From an uncultured delta proteobacterium (GTDB taxonomy: Bacteria; Myxococcota; Myxococcia; Myxococcales; Myxococcaceae), in NCBI GenBank assembly GCA_963771175.1, contig CAVYSY010000050.1, positions 64,001 to 128,000 of the forward strand: 64,000 nucleotides of DNA, given 5' to 3'. The notes under the pieces were generated by a model, which saw only the letters and a program-made list of their open reading frames with translations, was not told the origin of the DNA and made no database searches. The translations under genes and the position numbers were made by a program. This document shows, one piece after another, positions 11,234 through 22,803 of this stretch (position 1 is its first letter; each line of letters starts with the position of its first letter).

Positions 11234-11977
11234 ATGAGCTCACTCGTCCAACCCGCCCGCGTGCTCCTCGACCCGCTCGATGCGACAGGCGCCGCCATCG
11301 AGGCCCGCCGCTGGCTGTGGCCTCTCCTCTTCCTCGTCGCGTGCGTGTCCGCTTCTGGGACAGCCTTTTCCCTCCGCTGGGACGCCGGGCCCTCGGTGGT
11401 GCAGGAACTACAGATGACCGGCAAGCTCGAGCGGATGACCGAGACGGAGATCGCCGAGGAGATCCAGACCGCTTCGCGCAAGGCGCTGGTGGGCGGGATC
11501 GCCAAGGGCGTCTTCGTGATGCCGCTGCTGGCGCTGCTGCTGGCGGCGGCGCTGTGGGTGGCCGGGTGGCTGTTCGAGACGCCCGCGCCCTTCGCCCAGC
11601 TGATGACGGCGGCGGCGCTGGCCCTGCTGCCCATCGCGCTCTACCACCTCATCTTCGCCGTCTGCGCGCTGGTACAGCACTCGCTCTCGCTGGCCCGCGT
11701 GCCGGAGCTGGTGCCCTCGAGCCTGGCGGCGCTCCAGGGGCTATCCCCCAAGCTGAAGAGGGTGCTGGCGGCGGTGGACTTCTTCAACCTGTGGAGCGTG
11801 GGGCTGCTGGGACTCGGCTTCTCCTCGGCCACGGGCATGCGTCGCGGTCGGGCGCTGCTGCTGTGCTTCGTGCTCTACGTCATGTACGTCGGGGTGTTCT
11901 CCATTGGTCTGCCCGAGCTGATGGCCGGAGGTGCTGGCGGTCCGGGTGGTCGGCGTGGTCCGGGAGGTGGACGATGA
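11234..11977 (+). CDS. Yip1-family membrane protein
   Basis: Several TM segments, DFFNLW motif, first gene of the efflux operon, stop overlaps the next start (ATGA). Confidence 0.75.
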   Translation: MSSLVQPARVLLDPLDATGAAIEARRWLWPLLFLVACVSASGTAFSLRWDAGPSVVQELQMTGKLERMTETEIAEEIQTASRKALVGGIAKGVFVMPLLALLLAAALWVAGWLFETPAPFAQLMTAAALALLPIALYHLIFAVCALVQHSLSLARVPELVPSSLAALQGLSPKLKRVLAAVDFFNLWSVGLLGLGFSSATGMRRGRALLLCFVLYVMYVGVFSIGLPELMAGGAGGPGGRRGPGGGR

Positions 11978-13290
11978 ACTCGCTCTTGCTCGTGGCGGTG
12001 CTCGCCGCCACCCCCATCCGCCTGGAGGATGCGCGCGCCCGGAGCCGGGAGAACACCCAGGCGATGACCGCCATCCTGAACTCCTATGCCGCCGAGCAGG
12101 ACGTGCGGGTGGCCCGCTCGTCGCTGCTGCCGCAGCTCGGCTTCCGTGGCGGTGCGACCTGGAACCGCTACGGCCCGGCGGTCACCCTCGTGCAGACCGA
12201 GAGCGGCGGTTTCGCACAGGCGCCGGTGGACGCGCCGGCTTTCACCAGCAGCAACTACAACCTCGCCTTGTCCCTCTCGCAGCTCCTCTATGACCGGTCC
12301 GTCTGGGCGCGGCTGGGCCAGAGCAAGGCCCAGCTCGAGGCGCAGCGGGGGGAGGCGTGCGAGCAGCAGGATGCCGCGGAGCTGGAGGGCATCCAGCGCT
12401 TCTTCGCCCTCTTCCGCACCCAGGCCACCATCCAGGTGCTGCTGAAGAACGTGGAGCGCAGTGAGCAGCAGCTCGAGCGCGCCCGGGCCCTCTTCGAGGC
12501 GGGCCGGGTGGGCAAGAGCGAGGAGCTGTCCGCGCTGGTGAACCTGGGCAATGATCGCATCGCCGTGGTGGAGCGGCGGGGGCAGCTCGCGGTGGACCAG
12601 GCGCTGCTCTCCACGTGGCTGGCCCTGCCGGGGGCGGTGCCGCTGGAGGCGGTTGAGCCGGGCGTGCTGTCCCAGCCGGCGCCGCCGGTGCCGGACCTGC
12701 AGCAGGCCCTGAACGAGGCGAAGGCCCGCCGGCCACTGCTGGAAGCCCTGCGGCAGCGGATTCGTGCCGCTGAGTTGCAGCGGAGCATCGCCCAGGGCGG
12801 CTACCTGCCGCGGCTGTCCGTCTCGGGAACCTACCAGCGCGGTGGCCCGAGCGCGGACGCCGTCTTCACCCAGCCGCGACTGCAGAACGTGGTGAGTGGT
12901 GGCGTCAACCTGCAGTGGGACATCTTCAATGGCTTCTCCACGCATGCGCAGTCGCGCCGGGCGAGTTCCTGACGCGGGTGGCCGAGCTGAACCTCTCGCA
13001 GTCGGAGCGCGAGCTGGAGGGGGCGGTGCGGCAGGCTCACGAGGCGCTGCTGTCGCAGATCGCCGCCGCGGAGCTCTCCGAGGCCAACCGCAAGGCGGCC
13101 GCCGACTCGCTGATGCTGGCCACGGAGCGCTTCAAGGCCGGCGTCAGCTCGACGCTGGAGGTGCGTGACGCGCAGCTCAAGCTGACGCAGGCCGAGCTGA
13201 GCCTGCTGGAGAACCGGATCGACGTGGAAGTCGCCCGCTCCGCGCTGAAGCGGGCCATGGGCACTGCTGGCTTCGGGGGACGCGAAATGA
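11974..13290 (+). CDS. TolC-family outer membrane efflux protein; frameshifts near 12955 and 13265
   Basis: SSLLPQL, GYLPRLS, LQWDIFNGF and ERFKAGVSSTLEVRDAQ motifs across adjacent frames. Confidence 0.88.
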
Positions 13291-14560
13291 AGTGGTGGAA
13301 GGCAGTCATCGCAGGCGGTACTGTTTCTCGGCGCGGTGGCCATCACCGTGGGGGGGCTGAAGGACCGTCCCCCGCCCACGGTCGAGGTCGCAGGTGGCCA
13401 AGGCTCGCAAGGGCACCATCACCCGCACCATCACCGGCGCGGGCAAGGTGCAGGCGGCCACCACGGTGAAGATCTCCTCCAACCTCTCCGGCGACCTGAT
13501 CGAGCTGCTGGTGAAGGAGGGGGACAAGGTCACGAAGGGCCAGGTGCTGGGCCGCATCGACCGCGCCGCTTCGAGGCCGGCGACGAAGCAGGCGCTGGCC
13601 GCGCAGAACGCGGCGCGCTCGGACGTCCAGGTGGCCCAGGTGGAGGTGGACCGCACCGCGGCCGAGCTGGACCGGGTGGAGGGCCTGGTGCAAGAAGGGC
13701 ATGGCCTCGGCGGCCGAGGTGGAGCAGGCGCAGGCCGACCAGCGGACGTCGCGCCGCGGCCCGGCTGGCGTCGCGCCCAGCAGCGGCTCGGCCCAGGCCG
13801 CCGCCGTCTGCGAGGAGGCGCAGAACAACCTCGTCCAAGACCACGCTGCTCTCGCCCATCGACGGCACGGTCATCGAGCTGTCGCGCGAGGTCGGCGAGC
13901 GGGTGCGCGGCTCGGACTTCTCCGAGGACGTGGTGATGACCATCGCCGCGCTGAACACCATGGAGGTGAAGATCGAGGTGGGCGAGCACGAGGTGGTGCA
14001 CCTCAAGCCCGGCCAGACGGCCGAGATCTCGCGTGGACGCGCTCGAGGGCGCAGACCTTCGAGGGCACGGTGGTGGAGATCGCCCAGAAGGCGCTCATCA
14101 AGAACCCGGGCACCGAGGCCGAGGTGACCACCTTCCCGGTGACGGTGGCGCTCACCTCGCGGCCGCCGGGCGTGCTGCCGGGCATGAGCGCCGAGGTGCG
14201 CATCACCGCCGAGACGCACGACGAGACGGTGCTCGTCCCCATCCAGGCGGTGACGGTGCGCCCGGAGAAGACGCTGCCGGACTCCAAGCCGCCGGTGGAG
14301 GGCACGGGCCTCACGGCGAACCGCCAGCGCCGAGACGCTGGCCAAGGTGGTCTTCGTGGTGGACGAGGACAACAAGGCGCAGGCGCGCCGGGTGCGCACC
14401 GGCATCGCCTCCGACACCGACCTGGAGATCCTCGAGGGCCTGGAGGAGGGGGACCAGGTGGTCGAGGGCCCGTACCGCACGCTGTCCAAGGAGCTGAAGG
14501 ACGGCGACACGGTGAGCGAGCCGAAGCCGGGTGGGCCGGGCGGGAAGAAGTCGCGAGCGA
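13287..14560 (+). CDS. MacA-like efflux periplasmic adaptor; several frameshifts, end approximate
   Basis: [37 protein letters not shown] and [24 protein letters not shown] in successive frames. Confidence 0.85.
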
Positions 14561-14584
14561 CGCCAACGGCGCCGGGACGCCACC

Positions 14585-15318
14585 ATGCTCATCGACGTCG
14601 AGGACATCACCCGCGTCTACCACGTGGGCGGCGAGGAGGTGCACGCGCTGCGCGGCGTCACCTTCGGCATCGAGCCGCGGCGAGTGGGTGGCCATCATCG
14701 GCCAGTCCGGCTCGGGCAAGAGCACGCTGATGAACGTGCTGGGCTGCCTGGACACGCCCACCAGCGGGCGCTACCTGCTCAACGGCAAGGACGTGTCGCG
14801 CATGTCGCGACGACGAGCTGGCCGACATCCGCAACCGGGAGATCGGCTTCATCTTCCAGACCTTCCAGCTGCTGCCGCGCGAGACGGCGCTGGCCAACGT
14901 GGAGCTGCCGCTCGTCTACCGGGGCATCAAGGCCAAGGAGCGGCGCGAGCGGGCCCAGGCGGCGCTGGAGAAGGTGGGCCTGGAGCACCGCATGCACCAC
15001 CGGCCCAACGAGCTCTCCGGCGGACAGCGCCAGCGCGTGGCCATCGCCCGGGCGCTGGTGGCCGAGCCCTCCCTGCTGCTCGCGGACGAGCCCACCGGCA
15101 ACCTGGACTCGGCCACCGGCGAGGAGATCGTCCGGCTGTTCGAGGAGCTGCACCGCGCGGGCCACACCCTGGTGCTGGTGACGCACGAGCCGAAGCTGGC
15201 GGCGCGCTGCCCGCGGGCCATCCGGCTCAGCGACGGGCAGATCGTCGCGGACGGCCCCGGACGCGAGGTGGCCCTGGGCGAGGGGTACGCTCTCCAGGCG
15301 GCCGTGGGGGGCGCATGA
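14585..15318 (+). CDS. ABC transporter ATP-binding protein (MacB/LolD type); frameshifts
   Basis: [35 protein letters not shown] and VTHE. Confidence 0.92.
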
Positions 15319-16555
15319 GCGTCCGCGTCGACGTGCTCGAGGGGGCGCGCATCGCGCTCTACTCGCTGGGGGCCAACCGGCTGCGCACGGTGCTCACCAC
15401 CGTGGGCATCGGCATCGGCGTGGCCACGCTGCTGGCCATCGTCGGCATCATCCAGGGGCTCAACAGCTCCTTCGCGAAGCAGCTCGCCACCATCGGCTCC
15501 AACACCCTCTACGTCTCCAAGTGGCCCTGGGTGCATGACGGGCGACTGGTGGAAGTACCGCAACCGGAAGAACTTCACCCTGCCGCACGTGGAGCAGATC
15601 CGCGCGCAGTCGACCTACATCTCCGGCATCGTCGCCCACGGTGGGCCGCAACGCGGACGTGGCCTTCGGTGGACGAGCAGCTCTCGGAGGTGGAGATCAC
15701 CGGGGCGACGCCGAGTTACCTGCAGCCATCGGGCCTTCGAGGTGACGAACGGGCGCTTCCTCACCGAGGCGGACGACGCCGTCACGCCGGCCGGTGGCGG
15801 TCATCGGGGCCGACGTGGCGGAGGGGCTCTTCCCGGGGTCGATCCCGTGGGCGCGCACCATCCGCATCGACAACCAGCCCTTCCAGGTGGTCGGCGTCGC
15901 TGGCGCGCAAGGGGAAGATCCTGGAGGACGAGCCAGGACCTGACGGTGATCATCCCCTTCAAGACCTTCCGCTCCACCTTCGGCAAGAGCCGGGGCTTCA
16001 GCATCGCCATCTCCATCGAGCGCTCGGAGGAGCATGAGCAAGGCGGAGGACCAGCTCGTGGGCATCATGCGCCGCGTGCGGGCCACGCCCCCGGGGGACC
16101 CGGACGACTTCAGCATCAACCGCCCGGAGCAGCTGGCGCAACACCTACAACGCAGCTCACCGGCGCGCTCTACGGCGTGGCGGTGGGCATCGGGCTCATC
16201 ACCCTGCTGGTGGGCGGCATCGGCATCATGAACATCATGCTGGTGTCGGTGCGCGAGCGGACGCGGGAGATCGGCATCCGGCGGGCGCTGGGGGCGCGCA
16301 AGCGCACCATCGTCCTGCAGTTCCTGCTCGAGGCGACCGCGGTCTCGGCGGTGGGCGGGCTCGCTGGGCACGGTGGTGGGGCTGGGGACGGCGCAAGGTG
16401 GTCTCCGCGATCACCCCGCTCGCGGCCGACGTGCAGCCGCGTCACCATCGTCGGCGGCATCGTCTTCGCCGCGCCTGGTGGGCCTGATCTTCGGCATCTG
16501 GCCGGCGGCGCGCGCCGCGAACCTCGACCCGGTCGAAGCGCTCCGCTACGAGTGA
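15315..16555 (+). CDS. ABC transporter permease (MacB/FtsX type); several frameshifts
   Basis: [46 protein letters not shown] and PVEALRYE. Confidence 0.9.
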
Positions 16556-16561
16556 GCACGC

Positions 16562-17813
16562 ATGTCCGACGCTTCGAGGCGCCTTCTGGCGTCGACAACC
16601 TGCGGCTGGCCCTGGGCACCTTCCTCGCGCAACCCGCTGCGCTCGCTGCTGACGCTGCTGGGCATCGTCATCGGCGTGGCCACCGTGGTCACGATGATGG
16701 CGCTCATCGAGGGGCTGCGGATCAAGGTGAACAACGACCTGTCTCAGCTCGGCGCCAACATCTTCCAGGTGACCAAGTGGCCCGTCGGGCTTCGGCCGGC
16801 GTGAACTGGCAGAAGTACGCCAAGCGGCCGGACCTGACGCTCGAGGACCTGCGGGCCATCCGGGAGCGTGCCCCTCGGTGACGCGGGTCGTCCTCGGCGG
16901 ACACCGAGGGCGGGCAGAAGGTCTCCACCGCCAGCCGTGGAGACCCGCCCCACGGTGCTCGTCACGGGCGCCACGCCCGAGTACATCGACACCAGCGGCA
17001 TCACCGTCGCCTCGGGGCGCTTCTTCGGCGAGACCGACGAGGTGGACGGGCGGCAGGTGGCGGTGCTCGGCCTGGACGTGGCGGACCCGCTCTTCCCGGG
17101 CATGGAGCCGCTCGGCCAGGAGCTGCGCCTCAAGGGCCGGCCCTTCACCGTGATCGGCGTGCTCGAGCGGCGCGGCAGCTTCCTGGGCATGGTGAGCATG
17201 GACAACGTGGTCATCGTGCCGCTGCGCACCTTCGAGACGCTCTACGGCGACGAGCGCTCGCTGGGCCTCAACGTCCAGGCGCATCGCCGGAGCTGCTCGA
17301 GAAGGCGCAGGACGAGGTGACGGCCCTGCTGCGCCGGCGGCGCGACGTGCCGCCGCTGGAGCCCAACGACTTCGAGGTGAACACCAACGAGTCGATGACC
17401 AAGACCTTCAACAACCTGTCCCAGGTCATCACCGTGGCGAGCTTCGGGGTGTGCCTGCTGTCGCTGGTGGTGGGCGGCATCGGCATCCTCAACATCATGC
17501 TGGTGACGGTGACCGAGCGGACGCGGGAGATCGGCATCCGCAAGGCGCTGGGGGCGCGCAAGCGGCGCGCATCCTCGGGCAGTTCGCCACCGAGGCGGTG
17601 ATGCTCTCGCTGTTCGGCGGCGCCATCGGCGTGGGGCTGGGCTTCGGGCTGGCCTTCCTCGCGCGCTGGATGCTGGGCTTCCCCACCGTGGTGCCCGCCT
17701 GGGCGGTGGCGCTGTCGCTGGGGATGAGCTCCGGCGTGGGGCTGGTGTTCGGCATCTACCCCGCGGCGCGCGCGGCGCGGCTGGACCCGGTCGAGGCGAT
17801 GCGCTCGGAGTAG
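16562..17813 (+). CDS. Second ABC transporter permease; several frameshifts, start approximate
   Basis: [44 protein letters not shown] and PVEAMRSE. Confidence 0.9.
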
Positions 17814-17825
17814 GGCAGGGGGCCG

Positions 17826-17870
17826 CTACTTCGCGGCGGCCACGCCCACCGGGCAGCTCACCCCGGTGCC
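17826..17870 (-). repeat. Copy of the msrA 3' end ([18 protein letters not shown])
   Basis: 39/45 nt identical to 56296-56340 on the same strand. Confidence 0.92.
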
Positions 17871-18015
17871 ATCCATGCCGCTGGACTCGAAGCCCCCTTT
17901 TTCACTCGCGATTCCTCGAAAGGCGTGTGCCGTACCCGAAGTGCGGCAGCTTAACGAACCTGTCCACGAAATCGGGGCAAACCCATGCAGAAGAGCGCCC
18001 CCAGGAGTCCCGCGA

Positions 18016-19704
18016 ATGCCTGTGATGAAGATGAAGAACGCTTCCACGCTGTCCGACCCGAAGGCGCCGACCGGTCCGGTGCTCGAGGGGATGTCCGGAA
18101 GACAGAAGACGGTCAAGCCGTTGACGGAGCGCGCGTATGCGCAGATTGCGCAGGAGCTCAAGAATCAGCTCGTCCGGCAAGGCAAGCGGCAGGCGTTCTT
18201 TCAAACGCAGCCGGGCACACTTCCAGCCGTCGATCCGAAGCTCGGCTTCTTGCTCAAGCGAGCGAAGATTCCTCGTGTGCTCGCGCAGAAGATGGCGGAC
18301 CTGACCGAGGGCTATCACAAGCAGATGAGGGCGCTGCTCGACGCCATCGACACCGTCAACGACGAGGATTCCGAGCTTGCAGCCCCGGAGCTGCAGGGCA
18401 TCTTCGAGAAGAGCCGCATGACGGCGGAGCGGTTTCAAGAAGCGATGGAGGGCATCGAGGAGGTCTACGCGCAGCTCCGCACCGAGAGCAGCAAGGCGGT
18501 GTTCGAGGCGTTCATGGCCATCGAGGCCCTCTCGACAGACGCATCGACTAAACAGCAACTCGTGACCAGGCTCTTTCAGAAATACGGGATAGAATACAGC
18601 CTCGGTACCAACTCCAACGGCTCGACCTCATTCACCAAGCTTGCGCCCGAGCAGACGCTGCTGCCGCTCATGAAGGGCGCCAACGTCTACGAAAACAAGC
18701 AGAAGGCTTTCGAGTATCTGCTCAGTTCGCAAACCAAGGTCAACAAGTCATCGGAGCGACAGAATCAGGCAACGACGGACGATGGCACGGTCATCGAGAT
18801 GCTGCACCAGGTGCAGCCGAGATATGAAGCGAGTGTCTTCAGCGATCACGCAGGTTTCGTCGCGAAGTTCTCGCGCATCAAGGGCGACAGCCCGCCGCTG
18901 TATGTCTATTACCACTCGCTCGAGCACGGCCATCAGCACACAACCACGCGAACAGCATGGAACTATGGTTCGCAGAACAGCTTGAACGTGTTCATGCAGG
19001 GCTCGGGCGCATTCAATCTAGGGAATGCCAAGACCCTGGCTGTGCACGACCCGCGCTCGGCGTACCTGGACAACCTGAGGACTGGCCTATTCGACACGCT
19101 GTTCAGGCTCACCAACCGTGACCAGGCGAACCTGCTCCTCATCGTCGGGGAGTGCACGCTGTCCATCCATGAGCAGCTCCTCGACCTGGTCTTGCAGTTC
19201 GATCTGAACCTCGGGAACAGTCAGCGGGAACGGTTCCCGCTGAACAAACACAACGTGCATGGCACGCCGACGCAGGCCCCTGGCTACGACCTGAAGGTCA
19301 TCAACGCCAGCAAGACCGAAGACTCGAAGGGGACGGACTCCGACGGCCTCGGTGTGCACGCCTTCATGGCCTACATGTTCCTGAACACCAAGATCGCCAA
19401 ATCAGGCTTCGATCTGGAGCCGTGCCTGCTGACGCTCAAGGATGGCACCCGCCAGAACATGCTGAGCCTCACCTATGGCCCCAAGAACGAGCGCCATGCC
19501 TTCGCACACCTGCTGAACAAGAAAGAAAACGCACTGGCCAACGAGCTGTCCAAGTGTGGCTACGTGAGCGTGGGCGGCGACCTGAACAACATCACCGTCG
19601 GCACCGATCTGGTCGAGACCATCAACGACACCAGCACGCACATAAGCATGGGGAGCAACTCCACTGCGAGCACGATGTACGACAAGATCACGCTGCTGCC
19701 TTGA
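18016..19704 (+). CDS. Hypothetical protein, possible effector with DNase I/EEP-like C-terminal motifs
   Basis: CAGGAG before ATG 18016; lower GC; helical N-terminal half; VGE, AHLLN, VGGDLN and MYDKI motifs. Confidence 0.7.
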   Translation: MPVMKMKNASTLSDPKAPTGPVLEGMSGRQKTVKPLTERAYAQIAQELKNQLVRQGKRQAFFQTQPGTLPAVDPKLGFLLKRAKIPRVLAQKMADLTEGYHKQMRALLDAIDTVNDEDSELAAPELQGIFEKSRMTAERFQEAMEGIEEVYAQLRTESSKAVFEAFMAIEALSTDASTKQQLVTRLFQKYGIEYSLGTNSNGSTSFTKLAPEQTLLPLMKGANVYENKQKAFEYLLSSQTKVNKSSERQNQATTDDGTVIEMLHQVQPRYEASVFSDHAGFVAKFSRIKGDSPPLYVYYHSLEHGHQHTTTRTAWNYGSQNSLNVFMQGSGAFNLGNAKTLAVHDPRSAYLDNLRTGLFDTLFRLTNRDQANLLLIVGECTLSIHEQLLDLVLQFDLNLGNSQRERFPLNKHNVHGTPTQAPGYDLKVINASKTEDSKGTDSDGLGVHAFMAYMFLNTKIAKSGFDLEPCLLTLKDGTRQNMLSLTYGPKNERHAFAHLLNKKENALANELSKCGYVSVGGDLNNITVGTDLVETINDTSTHISMGSNSTASTMYDKITLLP

Positions 19705-19947
19705 TGGGATGGCCCCTTCGATGGGCACCAGTTCCTGGCCGTCTGGGAGGACGGCCGGGGCGGGAGCCCTGGGCTCGCGCAGGAAGCGCGCCTGACGGAC
19801 GGTGGGCCTCACTCCGTGCGCAAGCGCTTCGGGACCTCGACATGGTCCAGGAAGAGGCCCGGAACCGCTGGTGACGGGCTCACGGCCTGATGCGCCATCG
19901 TTGGGGCTGCCAGGGCAGGGGGAGCAGCGGTAGCATTCCTCCCCATC

Positions 19948-21024
19948 ATGGATACCTCTGTCGTCTACCCCCGACCAACTCCGTGCGGGGGCCTTGTCCT
20001 ACTCGCGCTTGCAATGCTGGCGCTCAGCGGGTGCGCCTACGGCCATAAGGTCCACGACTGGAAGCAGGTCTCCGAGAGACAGGGCAAGCAGATCCGGACG
20101 CGGCTCCCGCACTACGAGGTCATGGCTCGGAAGGTGGACTCGTTCTCCGCCGCCGTCCAGGTGGTGCAAGAGCACGAGCTCAAGACGCCGGTCACCGAGG
20201 GCTGGAGCCAGACCCGCGAGTGGAATGAATTCCGAGGAGGGGTACTTGCCGCCAAGATTCTATGGGTCCCCTTGGGCGTGGCTCTCTGCGTCGTCTCCTT
20301 TTTCTCGGTGTGCACTATGGGGGAACCGCAGATCGTCGAAGCACGGTCCGAGACCCAGCTGGAAACGCGCCAACGGACCGACACCACCATCGTCAAGGTG
20401 CCGACGGGTGGATCAATGCTGACCGCCACCCTCTTCCAGTTCGAGGATTCGAAGCCGGTTTTCACGACGAGCATCAAGCTCCCCGCCTCGGGTCAGAGAA
20501 CCCTGAGCTTCCGATCCTGGCTCCCGCTGATGACAGGATGGGATAGGGCGCGGGTCGTCTTCACCCCGGGGCCCAAACCAGCGCAGGATGATGGCATCAC
20601 CCGACGCGAAGCGGAGGTGGTCTTCGATGTCGCCGCCGAGGAGCGCCAGCTCCGGGCGCGCTCCGATGCGTTGGTCGAGCAGGTGGGCCGTCTGCCGCCC
20701 GAGGTCGAGGAAACAGATCTCTCCGAGGTCGCCGAGAAGGTGAGCGCGTTCCGGGGCGTGGCCTATGCACCCTTCCTGGAGGCGGTGAACACGGCATGGG
20801 CCGAGAAGAGCGCTCAGGTGGCGGCCTACCGGCAGGAGCAGGCCCGGCTGAAGCGCGAGGCGGAGGAGCGAGAGGTCCGGGAGCGGGAGGCGGCTGGAGA
20901 GAGGGTCCGGTCTCTCTCGGTCGACGTCGGCCAGGCCGCGGCACGGGACGACCTTGATGCCCTGGAGCGGGCGCTCGACGAGCAGATCGACCAATACCGC
21001 AAGTCGAAGGGGGTCAATCCGTGA
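19948..21024 (+). CDS. Hypothetical lipoprotein with coiled-coil C-terminus
   Basis: LALSGC lipobox, internal hydrophobic segment, stop overlaps the next start (GTGA). Confidence 0.75.
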   Translation: MDTSVVYPRPTPCGGLVLLALAMLALSGCAYGHKVHDWKQVSERQGKQIRTRLPHYEVMARKVDSFSAAVQVVQEHELKTPVTEGWSQTREWNEFRGGVLAAKILWVPLGVALCVVSFFSVCTMGEPQIVEARSETQLETRQRTDTTIVKVPTGGSMLTATLFQFEDSKPVFTTSIKLPASGQRTLSFRSWLPLMTGWDRARVVFTPGPKPAQDDGITRREAEVVFDVAAEERQLRARSDALVEQVGRLPPEVEETDLSEVAEKVSAFRGVAYAPFLEAVNTAWAEKSAQVAAYRQEQARLKREAEEREVREREAAGERVRSLSVDVGQAAARDDLDALERALDEQIDQYRKSKGVNP

Positions 21025-22691
21025 GCCGGCTTCCCCTTCTCCTCGTTGCCCTCTTGCTCTGCGTCTCGCCCCAGGCCGGCGCGGCCCCTCCTGACGAGCT
21101 GCGCGGCACGCTGGATGCCCTGAACATCCACCAGAGCGGCCCGCCCCTCGACGTCAGCAACGCCAGGGCCACGGGAAGGCTCTCCATCAAGGCTTTCAAC
21201 CTCCGCTACCGCATGTTCATTCTCATGGGTGAGCCCTGCTGGCAGTGGGAGGCACGCTACGTGCTCGGTGACAGGCTCTTCCTCCAGGAGAACTCGGGCC
21301 GCCGGACGTTCGACATCGTTCGCTCCTCTGGCTCCGAGATCACGCAGGAGGGAGGGGTCTACAAGGTTCCCGCCAAGCTCTTCGACACCCTCCACGTCAC
21401 CGGATTCTCCTTCGTTGTCCGGGTCGACCGCTCCATCCTCGGTCCCGCTCCGTCCATCGTCCTGCGCTACCCGGGACTCCCCGAGCGCACCGGGAAATGG
21501 GGCTGGGACACTCCTGGCAGCCCGAACTGGGACAAGCTCTTCACCTTGGTCGATGAGCGGCCCAACGTGAGTCGCGACTTCTACCTCCCTGGCCAGACGC
21601 TCGATTATCTGTCGACGGCGGACGCGAAGGCTGTCTGGAAGCGGTTGTTCGAAGGCGGCCCGGCCGAGGCCTCGAACTGGCGGCTCTGGGTCTTCGACGT
21701 GTCGATTGACGCCAGCACCGTCCTCAACGCCATCCACAACTGGGAGATCCGCAAGAAGAAGAGAGAGGCCGGCAACGCCTCGCTCGACGCGCAGGTTCAG
21801 AAGCTCCTCGCCGACCTCGATGCCCGACAACGCGCCGCTGCTGCCCGTCATGGCGGCATCATCCCGGCCGATGATCCGCAGCTACAGAGGCACACCGCCA
21901 TAGTCCAGAAGGCGGTCGACGCCTTCTCCGCCGAGCTCTCCGAGGACACCCGGCGGACGTGGAGCGTGCTCCAGCACCGCCGCGACGATCAGGTGGCCAT
22001 GGTCCGGTTCAGGGAGTTGAGCGAGTTGGTGGCCGGCGCGAGGGGGCGACAGATGGATGCAGCTGGCCGAATGGCCCTCGTCCGGGAGATCGACCAACTC
22101 GAGCGGAATGCCGTCTCCGAGGAGGCCAAGACGATGGCCCAGCGGCTGCGCGCCGCCGTCCTGCGCGAGAACATCGTGGCCGTCTATGCGGTCGTGAAAG
22201 GCATCCGTGAGTACCGCAAGCCGATATCCCTCACGGCAAGAAGTCTCGACGAAGAGGAGGACAGTCCAGACGAGAAGAGGGAGTACGAGCGGAGCCTCGC
22301 CGCGGAAAGCGAGGAGCTCGCGCGTCTGAATGCCGACCCCGCCTGCAGGGCCATCAGCGGCCCCATCCCGATCTCGATCCTCTTCCGGGGAGACGTGGGC
22401 GCCTTCACGACCGATGCCGAGGGGCGCATCCAGAACTTCAGGCAGATTGTTGGAAGGGACAACGATAGAGCCCTGTCGGATTGGGCAAGCACGAAGTCGG
22501 GTATCGACAGCCGGTTTCCCGGCAAGGTCGCGAACTTCATGGCGACATCCCGGATCACCCTCACTTTCTACTCCACCTTCGAGCAGGCTGAAGCGGCCAT
22601 CCAAAAGAACGGGGCAGGCCAGGTCCCCACCACCGAGCCGCCCGAGCTGACCCCCGTGCCGCCCAACGAGCACGTTTCCCCTGACCGTTAA
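21021..22691 (+). CDS. Hypothetical secreted protein
   Basis: Signal peptide ending AGA-AP; 556 aa; coupled to the upstream gene. Confidence 0.75.
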   Translation: MSRLPLLLVALLLCVSPQAGAAPPDELRGTLDALNIHQSGPPLDVSNARATGRLSIKAFNLRYRMFILMGEPCWQWEARYVLGDRLFLQENSGRRTFDIVRSSGSEITQEGGVYKVPAKLFDTLHVTGFSFVVRVDRSILGPAPSIVLRYPGLPERTGKWGWDTPGSPNWDKLFTLVDERPNVSRDFYLPGQTLDYLSTADAKAVWKRLFEGGPAEASNWRLWVFDVSIDASTVLNAIHNWEIRKKKREAGNASLDAQVQKLLADLDARQRAAAARHGGIIPADDPQLQRHTAIVQKAVDAFSAELSEDTRRTWSVLQHRRDDQVAMVRFRELSELVAGARGRQMDAAGRMALVREIDQLERNAVSEEAKTMAQRLRAAVLRENIVAVYAVVKGIREYRKPISLTARSLDEEEDSPDEKREYERSLAAESEELARLNADPACRAISGPIPISILFRGDVGAFTTDAEGRIQNFRQIVGRDNDRALSDWASTKSGIDSRFPGKVANFMATSRITLTFYSTFEQAEAAIQKNGAGQVPTTEPPELTPVPPNEHVSPDR

Positions 22692-22735
22692 AATAGACAT
22701 GACACCCCAGAGACCGCCGCCGCGAACCTGGTGGG

Positions 22736-22785
22736 CCAGTAGACGGCCGAGCGGTACTGGGTGCCCACATCGTTGCCCTGGCGCA
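22736..22785 (-). repeat. Internal msrA shard ([16 protein letters not shown])
   Basis: 48/50 nt identical to 56521-56570. Confidence 0.93.
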
Positions 22786-22803
22786 ACACCGCCCCCATGT
22801 CTC

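Noticed and set aside
11974..17813. Dense frameshifts across the efflux operon, suggesting pseudogenisation or programmed frameshifting
   Set aside because: Single-base indels with intact motifs also hit the Clp, thioredoxin and ligase genes. Sequencing or assembly error is more likely; reads would decide.
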